Shown: positions 35,036 to 47,902, numbered from the whole stretch's first letter. The stretch: DNA of 63,139 nucleotides, filler included, from Circinaria calcarea (GCA_051942165.1; 49 parts of 49 records of this genome joined end to end with filler, not necessarily neighbours in it); one strand, 5' to 3'. Notes: generated by a model not told the origin, from the sequence alone. Numbers and translations: made by a program.

Positions 35036-36225
35036 TACAGCCGGTTCTGCAGCCGGCTTCGTAGAATCATCGACAGCTGTGTCGGTTCGTGGCTCCTCTG
35101 AACTCAGAGGCGGTAAAGTCCTCGTGTCACTGTCATCAATGACAGGAGCTGAGAAGACACGTTGGGCGATTTCTACCTTGTTACTAAGCGTCTTTAGTTC
35201 TGTATTTTCAGCATCTTCGATTAGTAAAGGTTCAATCTTGGTTGTTGTCGTTTCGGCATCTTCCGGAGACAATGGCACAATCGATGGTCCAGTTGTAGTT
35301 GCATCATCCGCTGATATTGGCTCAAGCTTGGGAATGGGATCAAGGGGGGTGAAAGATGACTTTGTCGTCTCATCCTCAGGGTCCTTAACTTCTGCCCCAG
35401 GTTTCTCGGATACAGGTAACGTTTTCGACTTGCGCTTCTCCTCATCTCGCAGCCGCTTTTCTTCGGCCTTTTTGGCCTTCTCCCCATCTTTCTTTGCTCG
35501 CTGTTCGCGCTTCTCTTCATCTATGATGGGTTTAGTGTGGCAAATCCAAATGTCATTCTCGGTCGTTGCTCACCTTTAAAACGCCTCCATTCATCCTTGG
35601 TCTTGTTACTACGTTCTCTTTCATTTTGAGCTTTCTCCTCGGCAATTCGTCTTCGTTCCTCGGCTTCTTGCCGCAATTGCTCGTCCTTGGCTCGCTGGAC
35701 TTCTGCTTTCTCTGTGATCTCATCCAGCGTAGGTTGCACCCTTGCAGCGGCAATTGCTTCAACCTCGGATTGATCCATATATTTCCCTCCACCAATATTG
35801 ACTTTTCCATGATTGGCCATTCTCGCACTACTCTCGGCTTCTGCCCGAGCCCTTGCTTTAGTCTCCCACTCAGATGCCATTGCCGGTGAAACTTTGCCAG
35901 TCTCCGCGAAGACTTTCTCGTCCAATCCGTGCATTCTAGCGGCGACGTTGCGTTGAGCAGCTGCCAACAAGGAGTCTCGGTCCTTTTGGCGCTTTTTCGC
36001 ATCCACCTGGGCCAGCTTGTCGTTGAATATGGACATCTGAGACCGAATCTGCTGTGAACGTACCTCATCCGATCCGGGGATTGCCGAATCACTAGATGCT
36101 CTCCGTCTTAAACGACCTCGTACTGAAAGCCGCGATTGTATTGGAGCATGAGCGCCATAATAGTCTCGATACGCAGCGTCTTCATCTTGTCCAAGCTTAG
36201 CCAAACGCTCAGCTGCCAGTTTCTG
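35036..36225 (-). CDS. EIS1: Eisosome protein 1 (Eisosome1 domain), internal part, one intron at about 35522-35572
   Basis: LLAAAQRNV...GKVNIGGGKYMDQSEVEAIAAARVQPTLDEI.EKAE. Confidence 0.8.
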
Positions 36226-36325
36226 NNNNNNNNNNNNNNNNNNNNNNNNNNNNNNNNNNNNNNNNNNNNTTAATTAATTAANNNNNNNNNNNNNNNNNNN
36301 NNNNNNNNNNNNNNNNNNNNNNNNN

Positions 36326-36538
36326 CCCACATCCTCCTTCGGCACATCCCAGTTTCGTACCTGTCAGCCCTATGCCTCTTAGATACTCCAGCAGGGTAAT
36401 CTCTGGGTCAATGGAATCGAGTATGACCTTTGTGCCATTGAGATAGAAACAGAGTGTTTCATCATATTGTTCAGTCACACTCTGCAGTGAATGAGTTCTC
36501 TCCGATGATACCGCTGGTTCAACAAGCCCAGGGGCCAT
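36326..36538 (-). CDS. hxA: Xanthine dehydrogenase, N-terminal 2Fe-2S domain
   Basis: FYLNG.KV...[27 protein letters not shown]. Confidence 0.93.
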
Positions 36539-36737
36539 TTATCGTTACACGCCAAAAGATAACCGTGGAAATCAGACAAGACACAGGTAGTGTCAGTTGT
36601 GGACAGAATAATAACCTGGAAGCTATGGAAAAGTTTTCCTGGACGAAAAGGACTGAAAAGAAACAATGGGAGCATTTTCTCTTATCAACATATTTATCTG
36701 CCCACCATTGCAGACTACAACAGACGTAGCTGTGTCG

Positions 36738-36751
36738 TCGGAGTCGTCCGA
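36738..36751. promoter_or_regulatory. UaY-type purine-induction site TCGG-N6-CCGA
   Basis: TCGG AGTCGT CCGA 200 bp upstream of the xanthine dehydrogenase ATG, with nearby GATA (AreA-type) boxes. Confidence 0.75.
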
Positions 36752-36941
36752 TAGGCATTCATTGGTGCGTCAGGCCGGCTGCCCACTAAGGCTAGGCTAT
36801 ACCCACCAAAGCTAGTAGCTACCACTTGGTGGTCAATTTCTAGTCTCGTACTCCGTAAGGCTGGATCATTATGGTACTAAAGTTCGTGTTTTCATATGAG
36901 CTCAGATCAAGTACCTATTTCCACGCCCATCAACAAAAAAA

Positions 36942-37514
36942 ATGTCACCGCGATTACATCTCATGCGCTCCGCCTTAGCTCGACCAATTCCCTCAAGGCC
37001 TTGGATAGCATCTGCCAATATCACGCCATTATGCCTTCGTCCTGCTGCACGCAGAGGAATCAGTGCAGACGACAAGCCACTTCCAGAAGCCGAGGGCCCA
37101 GGACCTGGACCTAATCAGGAACAACTGCCTCATGTCAGTGAAGAGGCTGCGGCGATGGGGAAGATTACGGGAGAAGGTGGTCCGGAAATAGAGCAAGGAA
37201 CGCCTATACAAGAAGTATGTTGTATGCCATCCATCTAGCCATGTACCCGCCTTGCTCATCTTTCATTACCCAGATACTGAAGCGCGAAGGTGATGGCTTG
37301 GACAAAGCACCCCAGGTTGTGAAAGACGGCATCAAGTCGGCCTCTCCCAAAGGATCCAGACCATATTCAACAACAGCACGGAGGCAGCAAGAGGCAATGA
37401 TCAGCTTCGAAGACGCAGGCATTGAGACCCAAGGCCACAAGTTTGGACTGCCAGAGTTACCGATACCGAGCACCTCCCACATGAAGCACCGTTACGATCC
37501 CGTGGTCCAACAAG
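36942..37514 (+). CDS. RSM7: Mitochondrial small-subunit ribosomal protein S7, 5' part, one intron
   Basis: Arg-rich presequence; GHKFGLPELP.P...HMKHRYDPVV.Q. Confidence 0.75.
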
Positions 37515-39268
37515 NNNNNNNNNNNNNNNNNNNNNNNNNNNNNNNNNNNNNNNNNNNNTTAATTAATTAANNNNNNNNNNNNNNNNNNNNNNNNNNNNNN
37601 NNNNNNNNNNNNNNTTGATAAAGGTTTTTTTGGTTAGATTCATGGATTGCACAATCAGTGCTGCCTGCTTCGGTGGAAGGGTTTTGGGAGGTGGATGTAT
37701 AAACTGCAAATTATTCCGTCTCCTTCTGTGAAATATTATCTGAATTGGACTCACGGACTGTACGACCAGTGTCGCCTTTTTTTTTACGAAAGGTTTCTGA
37801 GGTAACATCATGGACTTTAAATCAGTCCAGCCTGCCTCGGTAAAAGAAAGATATCCCGAAGCGAACCCAATCCCCGTTCCTTTGGTATAAATGATTTTAG
37901 GGTGGTCTTAACGGACCCTAAACCAGTTCCCACCTTTTTTCCATGGCAGTTTTTCTTAAGACGTACTCACGGACCACAAAATTTAGTCCTACACGTTGGG
38001 GGGAAAAGCCATACTAGAAGCCTAGAGCGCCCCAATTGCCCCAGCACGAGTGAAAATATTCTTGGTAGAGAATGCCGGGGCCGGGGTAGGTAGTTTGTGG
38101 ATTTACACAGGAAAAAAATTAAAACGCCCATACTCAGCCCGGGGTGAGCATCTCAGCTCCTGTAGGCCCTGGCCCAATGCCTGACGCACAAAAGTTCTGG
38201 TAAACCAATGAATGTTTAATTTTTTCTCGGCCGTGAAGCATGAGCCAATAGGACACTGGTATTCCACAAACTGGCCAGCTGTCAGCTGTAGACAAACCAA
38301 CGGAAGCGGAGTACCAGCATATACAGTGGCAGACAGTCAGATTTTTCCACAATGGAGTTTAGTACAGAACCCACTTACTCAGCGCGAGTGGGGAAGGGCA
38401 TGGCGACACAGGGAGACAGAGCCTACCGCAGTATTGACGACTCCACGGTCAACCGGTGCCCAGACGCAAAGAAGAAAAAGGAGGACAGAGGAAAAGGAAG
38501 ACTTATGAACCTAGCCCTATCTACATAATAGCGTGAATCCTTCAGAATGAGCAGTACAAAAACTTAAAAAAACTCTGCATAAAACCGCGTAGGTTTTTGT
38601 GCGGTTGATATACATCGGCAAGAAAAAGGAAAGCGCCCCCCTTTTGGCGTGGTCGGACGAAAATTCTAGTAAAAAGGCCAAACAGAATACTCATGGTGAA
38701 AAGGGGGGATTTCAACCTGTGGGTTTCAAAACCAACGCCCCCCCCCCCCCAAAAAAATAGAGATCCTATCCTCATTCTTCCCTTTCTTCCCCCTCAACCT
38801 TCNNNNNNNNNNNNNNNNNNNNNNNNNNNNNNNNNNNNNNNNNNNNTTAATTAATTAANNNNNNNNNNNNNNNNNNNNNNNNNNNNNNNNNNNNNNNNNN
38901 NNATATAATTTCGGTCCGGCCCGCGAAACGGGTTATTATTATATTAAACCGTGATATATTTTTCTAAAATATTTTTAATTTAATTATATTTTCTAATAAT
39001 AATTTATATATTCGGGCGTAATTAAATATTTAATTTTATTAAAAATTAAATTAATTAAGATTATATTAATAGAGTAATGATTTTTTAAAATAATGGTTAA
39101 AATGCGGGGAAAATGCGGCATCGGGCCGGGTGCGGTATTATTTAGGGATATTTGGTACTGGTTATATTATTTCTGGGAGCAAATTGTCGCCTTTCGGACG
39201 AAGATGCAGGGCCATGAGTGCCGCACTAAATATTCCTTTATCTTTTCCATTATTCACTCTCGCCCGTC

Positions 39269-40090
39269 ATGTTCACCTGTATTGCCAAATCTGCTTCTTC
39301 ACGAATAGCCCAAGTCTCCAACCAATTGTTACCGCAATCCCGAACAATGACCACCAAGTTCAAGCTAAACAATGGGGAAGAGATTCCTGCCATCGGCTTC
39401 GGTACATGGCAGGACAAGGAAGCTCAAGAAGAGGCCGTGACGGAGGCTCTCAAGGCTGGTTATCGCCACATCGATACCGCTCGCATCTACGGCACAGAAA
39501 AAGCGGTTGCGTCGGCGATCAGGAAATCTGGGATCCCGCGGGATCAATTGTTCATCACGACCAAGTTGTGGAACAATTCCCATCATCCTGACGATGTGGA
39601 AGAGGCCTTGGATGCTTCCTTGAAGGACCTCGACACGGAGTACCTGGATCTTTACCTAATGCATTGGCCATCGCCGTTCGCAAGGGGAGACGTCATGTTT
39701 CCGAAATCCGATGGGAAAGTAAAGCCGGGAGATACAGACTATGTCGACGTGAGGGGCCCTTTGTGTGGTGAATTTGTACGATATCCTTGGGCTGACCCTC
39801 CTTTAGACGTACAAAGCAATGGAGAAAGCACTCAAGGCTGGGAAAACAAAAGCCATTGGCATCTCCAACTTCTCCCGCGCAGAACTTGAGCGTCTCCTGA
39901 AAGAGACCTCGGTCGTGCCAGCGGTCCATCAGCTCGAACTTCATCCGTATCTACAACAACAGAGCTTTGCCGACTTCCACAAGTCCCGGGGAATCCACAT
40001 CACCCAGTACTCGCCGTTTGGAAACCAAAACGAAATCTACGACAGCGGGAAGAACATGGGCAAACTCATCGATGATCCGGTTCTCGCCGA
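39269..40090 (+). CDS. Aldo-keto reductase (Gcy1/Ypr1-like), 3' truncated; intron at about 39749-39807
   Basis: IGFGTW, GYRHIDTA..YG, LFITTKLWN, DLYLMHWP, IGISNF. Confidence 0.93.
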
Positions 40091-40226
40091 NNNNNNNNNN
40101 NNNNNNNNNNNNNNNNNNNNNNNNNNNNNNNNNNTTAATTAATTAANNNNNNNNNNNNNNNNNNNNNNNNNNNNNNNNNNNNNNNNNNNNAGCAATATCC
40201 ACGGACGGTACTGATGAGTGAAACAG

Positions 40227-40832
40227 CACCTATAGGCCTGGTGAAGCAAACATGGGAGCATAGCAAAACCTATGCAGCTCCGCCTCCCACCGACAACACG
40301 ACTGAGCCAGCCTGGGACGCGCTCATCCCTAGTGAGCTTTCTTACGCCTTCACCAACTTCAAGCTATGCGATCTAACAACTTAACAGAGGGCCAAGGCTT
40401 CGTACGATATCCTGCGGATAGTCCCGAAATCTCTGCTCTGTCTGCAGTGCACCAGCTTCATTGCTTGGTTCGTTCTTCTTGTGAAAGCCATAGCTTGGGG
40501 GTGATTCTAAATCGCGGCAGTATGCTATCCGTCGAGCTGTCTTCTCTGAACCCGGTGTTCTAGTGGCAGGAATCAATCCGGATCACCTTCAACCAAAACA
40601 TCTAAGGCACTGTTTTGATTACTTGCGGCAAGCACTCATGTGCTCCGCGGACGCGACACTCGAGCCGTATCAAAGATCATTAGGGGGTGTTACTGGGTGG
40701 GGCTTTCCACGGATGTGTAGGAGCTACGAACAACTGCTACGGTGGGCGGAAACGTGGAGAACTAACGATAGGGAAGGTTTCTGGGAAGTTAGGACTCATC
40801 CACATAACCACAGTACGGAAAATCGGGTTTGA
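40227..40832 (+). CDS. DUF3328/UstYa-like oxidase, 5' truncated, 2 introns
   Basis: Two HxxHC motifs (VHQLHCL, HLRHCFDYLRQALMCSAD.TLEP) and GWG....CR. Confidence 0.9.
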
Positions 40833-41477
40833 TATAACTAGCGATTATGTTGAAGCAGAGCCTCGGATGACGTAGAATAGTTCGCCTCAAGCATTGACGG
40901 CTGGATTGGGTTTGGATTGTCAAGTAATAACAGAAGAGCCTCTGATCGTAATAAACAGCTACTATGGGATTACTGAGCGCCTCCTGTATACTACTACCCT
41001 TATCAGCAAGGCAGGTCATATATGGCTTTCCTGTGCCACCGAGCCGAGAGATCGGCTGAGACATTACTTTAGTGTAGTTTTTGCAGCCTTCATACATAGC
41101 CCTATAGTAGTAGGCCGTTCCCGAGACTGCATGCGCTGTTTGTGCCCTAAAACATTTACTCCGTACTATGCCTTAAGCAAGGCTGAGGCAACTCACTGAT
41201 TGCATTACGCAACTGCAGGGCGGTGAATGCCTATATGTGCCGTAATATGCTCACCTTGCTAGCTCAGTGCTACTAACCCTGGAAACTTATCCTAACCTCG
41301 TTTGGTCGATGGCTTTCGTAACAGTGATTCAAGATTTATGCACGCAGACTGCTTTTGCTCGTCATATTATCTTATAANNNNNNNNNNNNNNNNNNNNNNN
41401 NNNNNNNNNNNNNNNNNNNNNTTAATTAATTAANNNNNNNNNNNNNNNNNNNNNNNNNNNNNNNNNNNNNNNNNNNN

Positions 41478-42038
41478 GTACGAAACTCGAGGAGATTGGG
41501 TTCGCAACCGATTGGAGAGACAAGGAGGAGTGTGGTTTAGGTCGGGTGAGGTAGTCATACTTTCAGGTGACGCTACTGTTCTTGCTAATAGAAATAGGAT
41601 TTGATGTGCATGGCAGCGCTTCACAATCTCCGGGCAATCAATATCAGGAACTTTCCCGACAATCTCGATGATGCCCATAGATTTATAGCCGATACCAGGT
41701 TTCATGAGACCTTGGCCCTAAATCTGGTAAACTCCGTCAGGACGGCTTGCAAGCCTACTTGTCACTTCCCATCAATCACCTGCACCTGCCGGAAACCTCG
41801 ACTAAGTGTGATCGCCCTGGGTGCCTTTACTGTTGCGGATTATAGTCTCCAGGAAGGCCTGAAGAGGTCGAAGGAGCTTGATGAAGTACTGCATCCTCGT
41901 GTTTACTTGGTTGAATACCCTCGCAATATGTTTGGCAAAATCCGGCCGGTTGTCTCCCACATCAACGAACTGAGAACCAATTACGCAACCTTGCTTTCGT
42001 CAAAATTGGAAATTCTTGAACCCTGTTGGATCATCTGA
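41478..42038 (+). CDS. Unknown protein C-terminus (possibly F-box/LRR-like), one intron
   Basis: KLEEIGF...GR|DLMCMAALHNLRAINIRN spliced frame. Confidence 0.5.
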
Positions 42039-42763
42039 AAGGCTGCACTAGGTTCCCTATGCGAGACGGCCTTTCTAGAATGGCGAGGCATTTCCGCAAA
42101 TCGTCCGAGGTCAAGATGTAACATTACATTGGGCTCCTCGAGGATTGGTGAATGGGCTGCAGTGCTTTAAAAACACGCATGCTCTGTAGGGTGGAACTTG
42201 CTTCGACATGGTTAGTAGAGTCAGTTACGACTACAGGTACATCGAAGACATGCAAGACCAACGCATTTCTCCCAAATTATATTGAACCACTGCCATGATG
42301 CAGGTCTTTACTCCTCTCTGCCAACAGCTCGATCCAAAAACAGTCATCTCTATCGTACCCCAGCACCAGTCTTTCACTATGCAATCCACACCGGCCAGAT
42401 CCATTTGATCTTGATCCTTTCCCAAGTAAAGCGAAGAGCACGCGGCTTTGCTTGTCCATCGCATGTGAGAACTCCCCCTTCCGTGACCCCTAAACATTTT
42501 CCTCATCCCTCGCCCCTCCTGTATTTGACGTCAAGCTTGCAATCAACCACTACCCGGACAAATCTTTCAAGTCTTTCACGGGACGGTGGCACCTTACCAG
42601 CCCTGGAACTCATTCACATCTAAAGAATCACCCCCCCAATTCGAAACCTCCCACCTACCATCANNNNNNNNNNNNNNNNNNNNNNNNNNNNNNNNNNNNN
42701 NNNNNNNTTAATTAATTAANNNNNNNNNNNNNNNNNNNNNNNNNNNNNNNNNNNNNNNNNNNN

Positions 42764-43949
42764 AGCGATAGCCAGACCTGCAATAAGCTGTCCAATAATC
42801 ATACCAAAGTATGGTAAACCACCAACACCAGGACTGAAGCCGTGAATTTGCTGAAACACAATCGGATAGGCCGTCAGGAACAAGTAGAGGAGTCCGTAGA
42901 TAAAGGACATGTAAATACTCAGGAGGAGAACGATCGGTTCGGTAAAGAGGATGCGCAAGGGACGGCTAAAGTTCTTTGAGAGTAATTCGCGAAAATCGAC
43001 CTCAATTTCTTCTTGCTTGGCATGGATACCCCAGTTGAGCGTTCTGCGGCGGAGTTCGGACGCTTTTTGGATGAGTACAACGGGCGGGTATGTTTCTTCA
43101 AGAAAGAGGAGATCCAGACCAAAGGACAAAAAACCCATGATTGCGACCAGGTATTCGGTCCATCGCCAGCCTAGGTAGCTTTCTATAATGAAGCCACCGA
43201 TAAAAGGAGCGAGTAAGGGACCTGAGAAGACCGTCATAGAGAAGACCGTGATTGCAAGACCTCGAGTCTTGTTATCAAACATATCCGAGAAAACAGCCGC
43301 GACGATAGCAAGGGGGCTAGCACCAAAGAGCCCCCCGAAGAATCGGCACAAAAGCACCGTTTGTAAATCTTTTCCAGTTGCGACTCCCAATTGGAAGATG
43401 GAAAACCCAAACATGCCCAGCACTAGGGGTAATTTCCGTCCTTTTAGTTCGGACAAGGGAGCCCATATAATAGGACCGGTAGCGAACCCGAGGACGTATA
43501 GTGAGAGACCGAGGATGCCAACTTCGGTTGAGACCTGGAAGTACCTCGAGACGACAGTAGTCGCCGCCGAGAAGATACTACTGGCAAAGGCTGAAACCAG
43601 AGTAGTGTATCCAAGCATCAAGGCGGTCAAAATCCTGATGGCGCGTCAGTTGCAGTCGTGATGATGGAGGGACGACAGGATGGCTTACTTTTTCCGGATT
43701 GGCCAATTCTGCGGGTGCAGTGGATCATTCGGCCCATCGAACTCCACCACGTATTCTTCCTGGTTGGGCAATGGTCGTGGATAGGACTTTCCGGCCCCGA
43801 ACTCGGGCAGAGGCTTCTTCGATTCCCGTGACTTCAAACTGCGCCCAACCGTCAAGGTGTGCTGGCTTCGTTGGGTTTGTATCCGGCTCAATGCCGTTGG
43901 ATGTCTTTCCAGATCCCGCGCTGTGTTGACTCTCGACATGCCCATTTCT
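42764..43949 (-). CDS. MFS DHA1 multidrug/polyamine transporter, partial, one intron
   Basis: VEFDGPNDP.HPQNW..KK, WAPLSE..GR, LGWRW, EETYPPV, LFTEPIV. Confidence 0.93.
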
Positions 43950-44049
43950 NNNNNNNNNNNNNNNNNNNNNNNNNNNNNNNNNNNNNNNNNNNNTTAATTA
44001 ATTAANNNNNNNNNNNNNNNNNNNNNNNNNNNNNNNNNNNNNNNNNNNN

Positions 44050-44436
44050 TTCCAAGCCCGAGCTTCGTTTATCTCGCCCTTCCAACCTGAGCTTACCAGT
44101 CCCAAGAATCGCCGTCTTCCGTAGTGAGCCTTTTCGTTTCCGTGTCTTCTTCTGCTGTTCGAGTACGGCCGCCATCGCACCGCCTGAGGAGCGTGGCTTC
44201 CAAGGCTCATCCTTGGTGTTGTCGATCTGATTGTTGGTGCTCTTGATCTCTTGGGCATCGGATGAAATTCGAAGGAAAGAGAGTTTCGATAAAATGCTCC
44301 CAGACAAGGTTCTCTTATGGCCTCCTGGAGAGGATACACTGGAGCTTTCCTCCCTTTCAATTTGTAGCGCCTTCTCGTTATCCTGTGATGCCTTTATGTC
44401 ACCATCTCCATTCGAATCCGCGATGCCATCTTCCAT
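44050..44436 (-). CDS. Uncharacterised fungal protein fragment
   Basis: GHKRTLSGSILSKLSFLR and KTRKRKGSLRK motifs. Confidence 0.5.
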
Positions 44437-44863
44437 AGCAAGACCTCTCCGGTTCCATCCACGACCGTTATCGTAATCGTTCCATAGACGAATAAGGTAC
44501 GCGTCACTGGTGCACTATGCTGCATTGCAGCAACATGGCAATCTAGTTGAATGAGAAGCCACTAAAGCGAATAAAAAGATTGAAAGACAGTGAATAGCTC
44601 CAAGATCAAATCCACAAGCGGGCTCTGACGGCTCAACGAGACTTGCATTTTGTCATGTAGATACTGTACTTCGATGTCAGGAGTTTCTGTAGGGCTGACT
44701 ACTCTTTCGGGTTAAGCGCATAAATCACCTGCTGCCCCCTGAGAATCAAAATGCGGAACAATGGCCATCAAAGTAAAATTACCACAAAGCACACCAGCAG
44801 CATGATTCCCAGCCATAAAGTGGTCTTGGATACGTATTCGTAGTCCTAGGGAACATCAAAACC

Positions 44864-45235
44864 ATGGCAGTCATGGTTCCTATTCCCGCTCCACCTAGAA
44901 CCCCTACACCACCCCCGGACGACTCCCACTTGGAGACGGCGGGCTTGGGCTTGGGCTTGGGCTTGGGCTTGGGTGGAATGGACGATATGCTGTCGCCAAC
45001 AAAGGTTTCTTTCGACCCCAACTCGCTATCTCCAATGCGGGAGAACTTCACAATCGGCCGCTATAGTTCTGAACCCTCCCCGACTATACAAACTCAACAG
45101 CCGAGCCCTGCCAGCGGTAACTCAGTGTACGACTCAATCTCGACGGAGAGCAACGGCAGTCATATACGTCCACCTCTGCAAGATGGGAAGGGCCCGTTTA
45201 ATTTCCAGTCCATGTCATTGGCGAAATCTCCAATC
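44864..45235 (+). CDS. Probable Zrg17-like CDF zinc transporter, N-terminus
   Basis: PPRTPTPP, SFDPNSLSPM and PFNFQ segments that I recall from Pezizomycotina Zrg17 N-termini; transporter domain is off-contig. Confidence 0.55.
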
Positions 45236-45335
45236 NNNNNNNNNNNNNNNNNNNNNNNNNNNNNNNNNNNNNNNNNNNNTTAATTAATTAANNNNNNNNN
45301 NNNNNNNNNNNNNNNNNNNNNNNNNNNNNNNNNNN

Positions 45336-45982
45336 GATGGGGACAGGGAGGGGGAGGAGAGGGTTTTGGGGATGATATCGCGGCGCTGTTCGCCGACTAA
45401 GAAGAGGAGGGGGAGGGGTTGCGGTTCAGGGGAATTTCCTTGCGGTTGGCTTTCCATTTCTTTTTCAGAGAGTATGCGGATCTTGGCCCGATGATGTTGC
45501 AGAATGTATCCCGCCAAACCCTCCCCGTTTCCAGTTTCTCGCCCTAGGACTTCACATCGCGGGAAGAAGTCATCACGTAGAGCCTCCAATGCTCGCGACG
45601 TAGCGGGGCCAACGGTATAAATTGGCAACGATAGCTCCCTCAATTTCCCCTTCGCCTCCGCGTCCGCGGAATGAATTATTGACGCGAAAGCTTCGACGGC
45701 GCGCTGGGAGGTGAATATCAGCCCGCTGTACTGCGAGGACAGAGTGGGTAGGAGGGTAGCGAGGTGATCTAGGGCGGCGCCGTTGAAAGAATGTTGGAGG
45801 ACGGGGACGAATATAGGATCGAAGGCCGCGGTGGTGCTGGCGAAGTAGGTGTGGTAGGCATCGGTGGGTAAAGAGCGAGTTTTGAGAAGGAGAATGGGGA
45901 TGCCGGGTGAAGGGTCGACGGAGGAGGAGGAATTGGTTGAGGGGAGGCTAGGACCGGCCTGAGCCTGAGGGTTGATTGTCAT
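45336..45982 (-). CDS. HEM4: Uroporphyrinogen-III synthase, 5' part
   Basis: LLLKT.S.P.D.Y, GLIFTSQRAVEAF, YTVGPAT, LLFLVGEQRRDIIP. Confidence 0.92.
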
Positions 45983-46180
45983 CGTTGAATCATGGTTGTT
46001 GTGTACCGTCTGTAGGAGTCGCGAACAGTTTGGGGGGACTTGCTTGTGATGACGAAATATGTACAGTACATAGAATAGGGCTGAGGGCGGGATCGGATTC
46101 CCCCGGTGTATTAGTCAACGGAAAGCTTCAATGTCATTCTATGTAAAGAACGTAGCACTCATCACGATGCGGCTGAGGTC

Positions 46181-46520
46181 ATGGACAAGTTCTTCTCGGA
46201 GCAGCTCAAGAAGGGGGAGCAAGGGAGCGGTAAACAGCAAGAGCGGCAGCAGGGGGATCAGGTAGCAACTGCTGGTGAGGCGGCCAAGAAGTTTCCAAAA
46301 GGCGTTGTGCTGGGCAAGGATGGCAAACCGTAAGCTATATCTATCCTCATCATCTACTACCGGGTATCATGTTGATGGAAAGGATCTCAGATGCCGTTCA
46401 TGCACCTCCCTCGCCGACTGGGCGGCCTTGACCAAGAAGAAAATCCCCCCTTCCACCTCCACCACCACGCCCAATAAAGCCATCACCTCCTCCTCCTCGC
46501 CCTCCGAATATCCTTCGGAC
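46181..46520 (+). CDS. ERV1: Mitochondrial FAD-linked sulfhydryl oxidase Erv1, 5' part, one intron
   Basis: PKGVVLGKDGKP|CRSCTS N-terminal CxxC motif. Confidence 0.88.
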
Positions 46521-47056
46521 NNNNNNNNNNNNNNNNNNNNNNNNNNNNNNNNNNNNNNNNNNNNTTAATTAATTAANNNNNNNNNNNNNNNNNNNNNNNN
46601 NNNNNNNNNNNNNNNNNNNNGGTGGGTGGAAAGAAATATAATTAATCGTAACCGTATATATCGATTAAAAAATGTAGTGGTCCCTGACCCTGACCCAGCC
46701 CACTTGTGTATGCTCTTTTGAATTTTCAATTTTGAATTTTCAATTTTCAATTTTTTCAAAATCTCCCGTACAAACTCCTAACTCCTAAAGTTCGGGCTTC
46801 GGGGCGGGCGGTAGTGGTAACATAGCCGAAGCGAAAAAGGCCGAGTTTACTTTACTTCCGTAAAGTCCGGCCTTATTTCCATATCTCCATATTTCCATGG
46901 TATAATAAATTCCTTTGAAGGTTTGTGTTCTGATCTATGTAATCTTATATATTGCGACTTGGCTTCACTACTTCTTTCACGATATCTGATTATTCCTCAT
47001 CTCTCCAACCTCCCACTCAATTCAAGTCTATTAAAACCCCCAAAAAGCCGAACACG

Positions 47057-47802
47057 ATGCATACCAATTACCACGCTCTCATCGGTGCCGCAGCCAATAT
47101 CCCCATTAACCCCCCTAAACCCATCATCTCCTTCAGCCCCGTCGTCCTCCCCGCCCCAGGCCGCCTCGTCGACCTCCAGCTGCGCGTAACGGTGCCCTCA
47201 ACCGGGGATGCCCTTCCGATTATCCTCCTCTCGCACGGTCATGGGCGGAGCAACTCGCTCTCGTCGCTGGAGGGGTACGCGCCTCTGTACGAGTTCTGGG
47301 CGGCGCACGGCTTCGCGGTGCTGCAGCCGACGCACCTGAGCTCGGCGTTCCTGGGGCTCAAGGCTCCTGAGGGCCAGGAGCTGTTCTGGCAAGAACGAGC
47401 CGTCGACATGGTGCGGATCCTTGATCACCTCGACGACGTCGAGGCGGCCGTACCGGGGCTCAAGGGCCGCCTCGATCGTACCCGGGTGGCAGTGGCGGGC
47501 CATTCGGCCGGAGGCTGGACCGCCACCATGCTCCTGGGTGCCAGCAATACGGATCCGCGTGACGGGTCCACATGGTATCAGCCCGAGACGCGCATCAAGG
47601 CCGGCGTCGTCCTTACCGCCATCGGAAACGGCGGTCCGGACCTCTCAGACTCCGGAAAGAAACTCGTCCCCTTTTATGGGGCGAATTTCGGCACAATGGC
47701 CACCCCCGCGCTCGTGGTGTGCGGCGACGAGGACGTCAGTCCCCATTTGACGATCCGCGGCAGCGACTGGCACGCCGACCCGTACACGCTTGCTCCGGGA
47801 CC
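47057..47802 (+). CDS. Chlorophyllase/PAF-AH-like alpha/beta hydrolase of bacterial type, 3' truncated
   Basis: PAPGR.VDLQ.RV..P.TG..LPIILLSHG, FWAAHGF.V.QPTH, GHSAGG; intronless and GC-rich. Confidence 0.85.
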
Positions 47803-47902
47803 NNNNNNNNNNNNNNNNNNNNNNNNNNNNNNNNNNNNNNNNNNNNTTAATTAATTAANNNNNNNNNNNNNNNNNNNNNNNNNNNNNNNNNNNNNNNNNN
47901 NN

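Noticed and set aside
38287..38525. Possible LTR (TGTAGA...TCTACA)
   Set aside because: No TSD and no second copy in the window.
38903..43949. Apparent cluster of AKR, DUF3328 and MFS transporter
   Set aside because: The genes lie on different contigs ordered only by length, so adjacency is meaningless.
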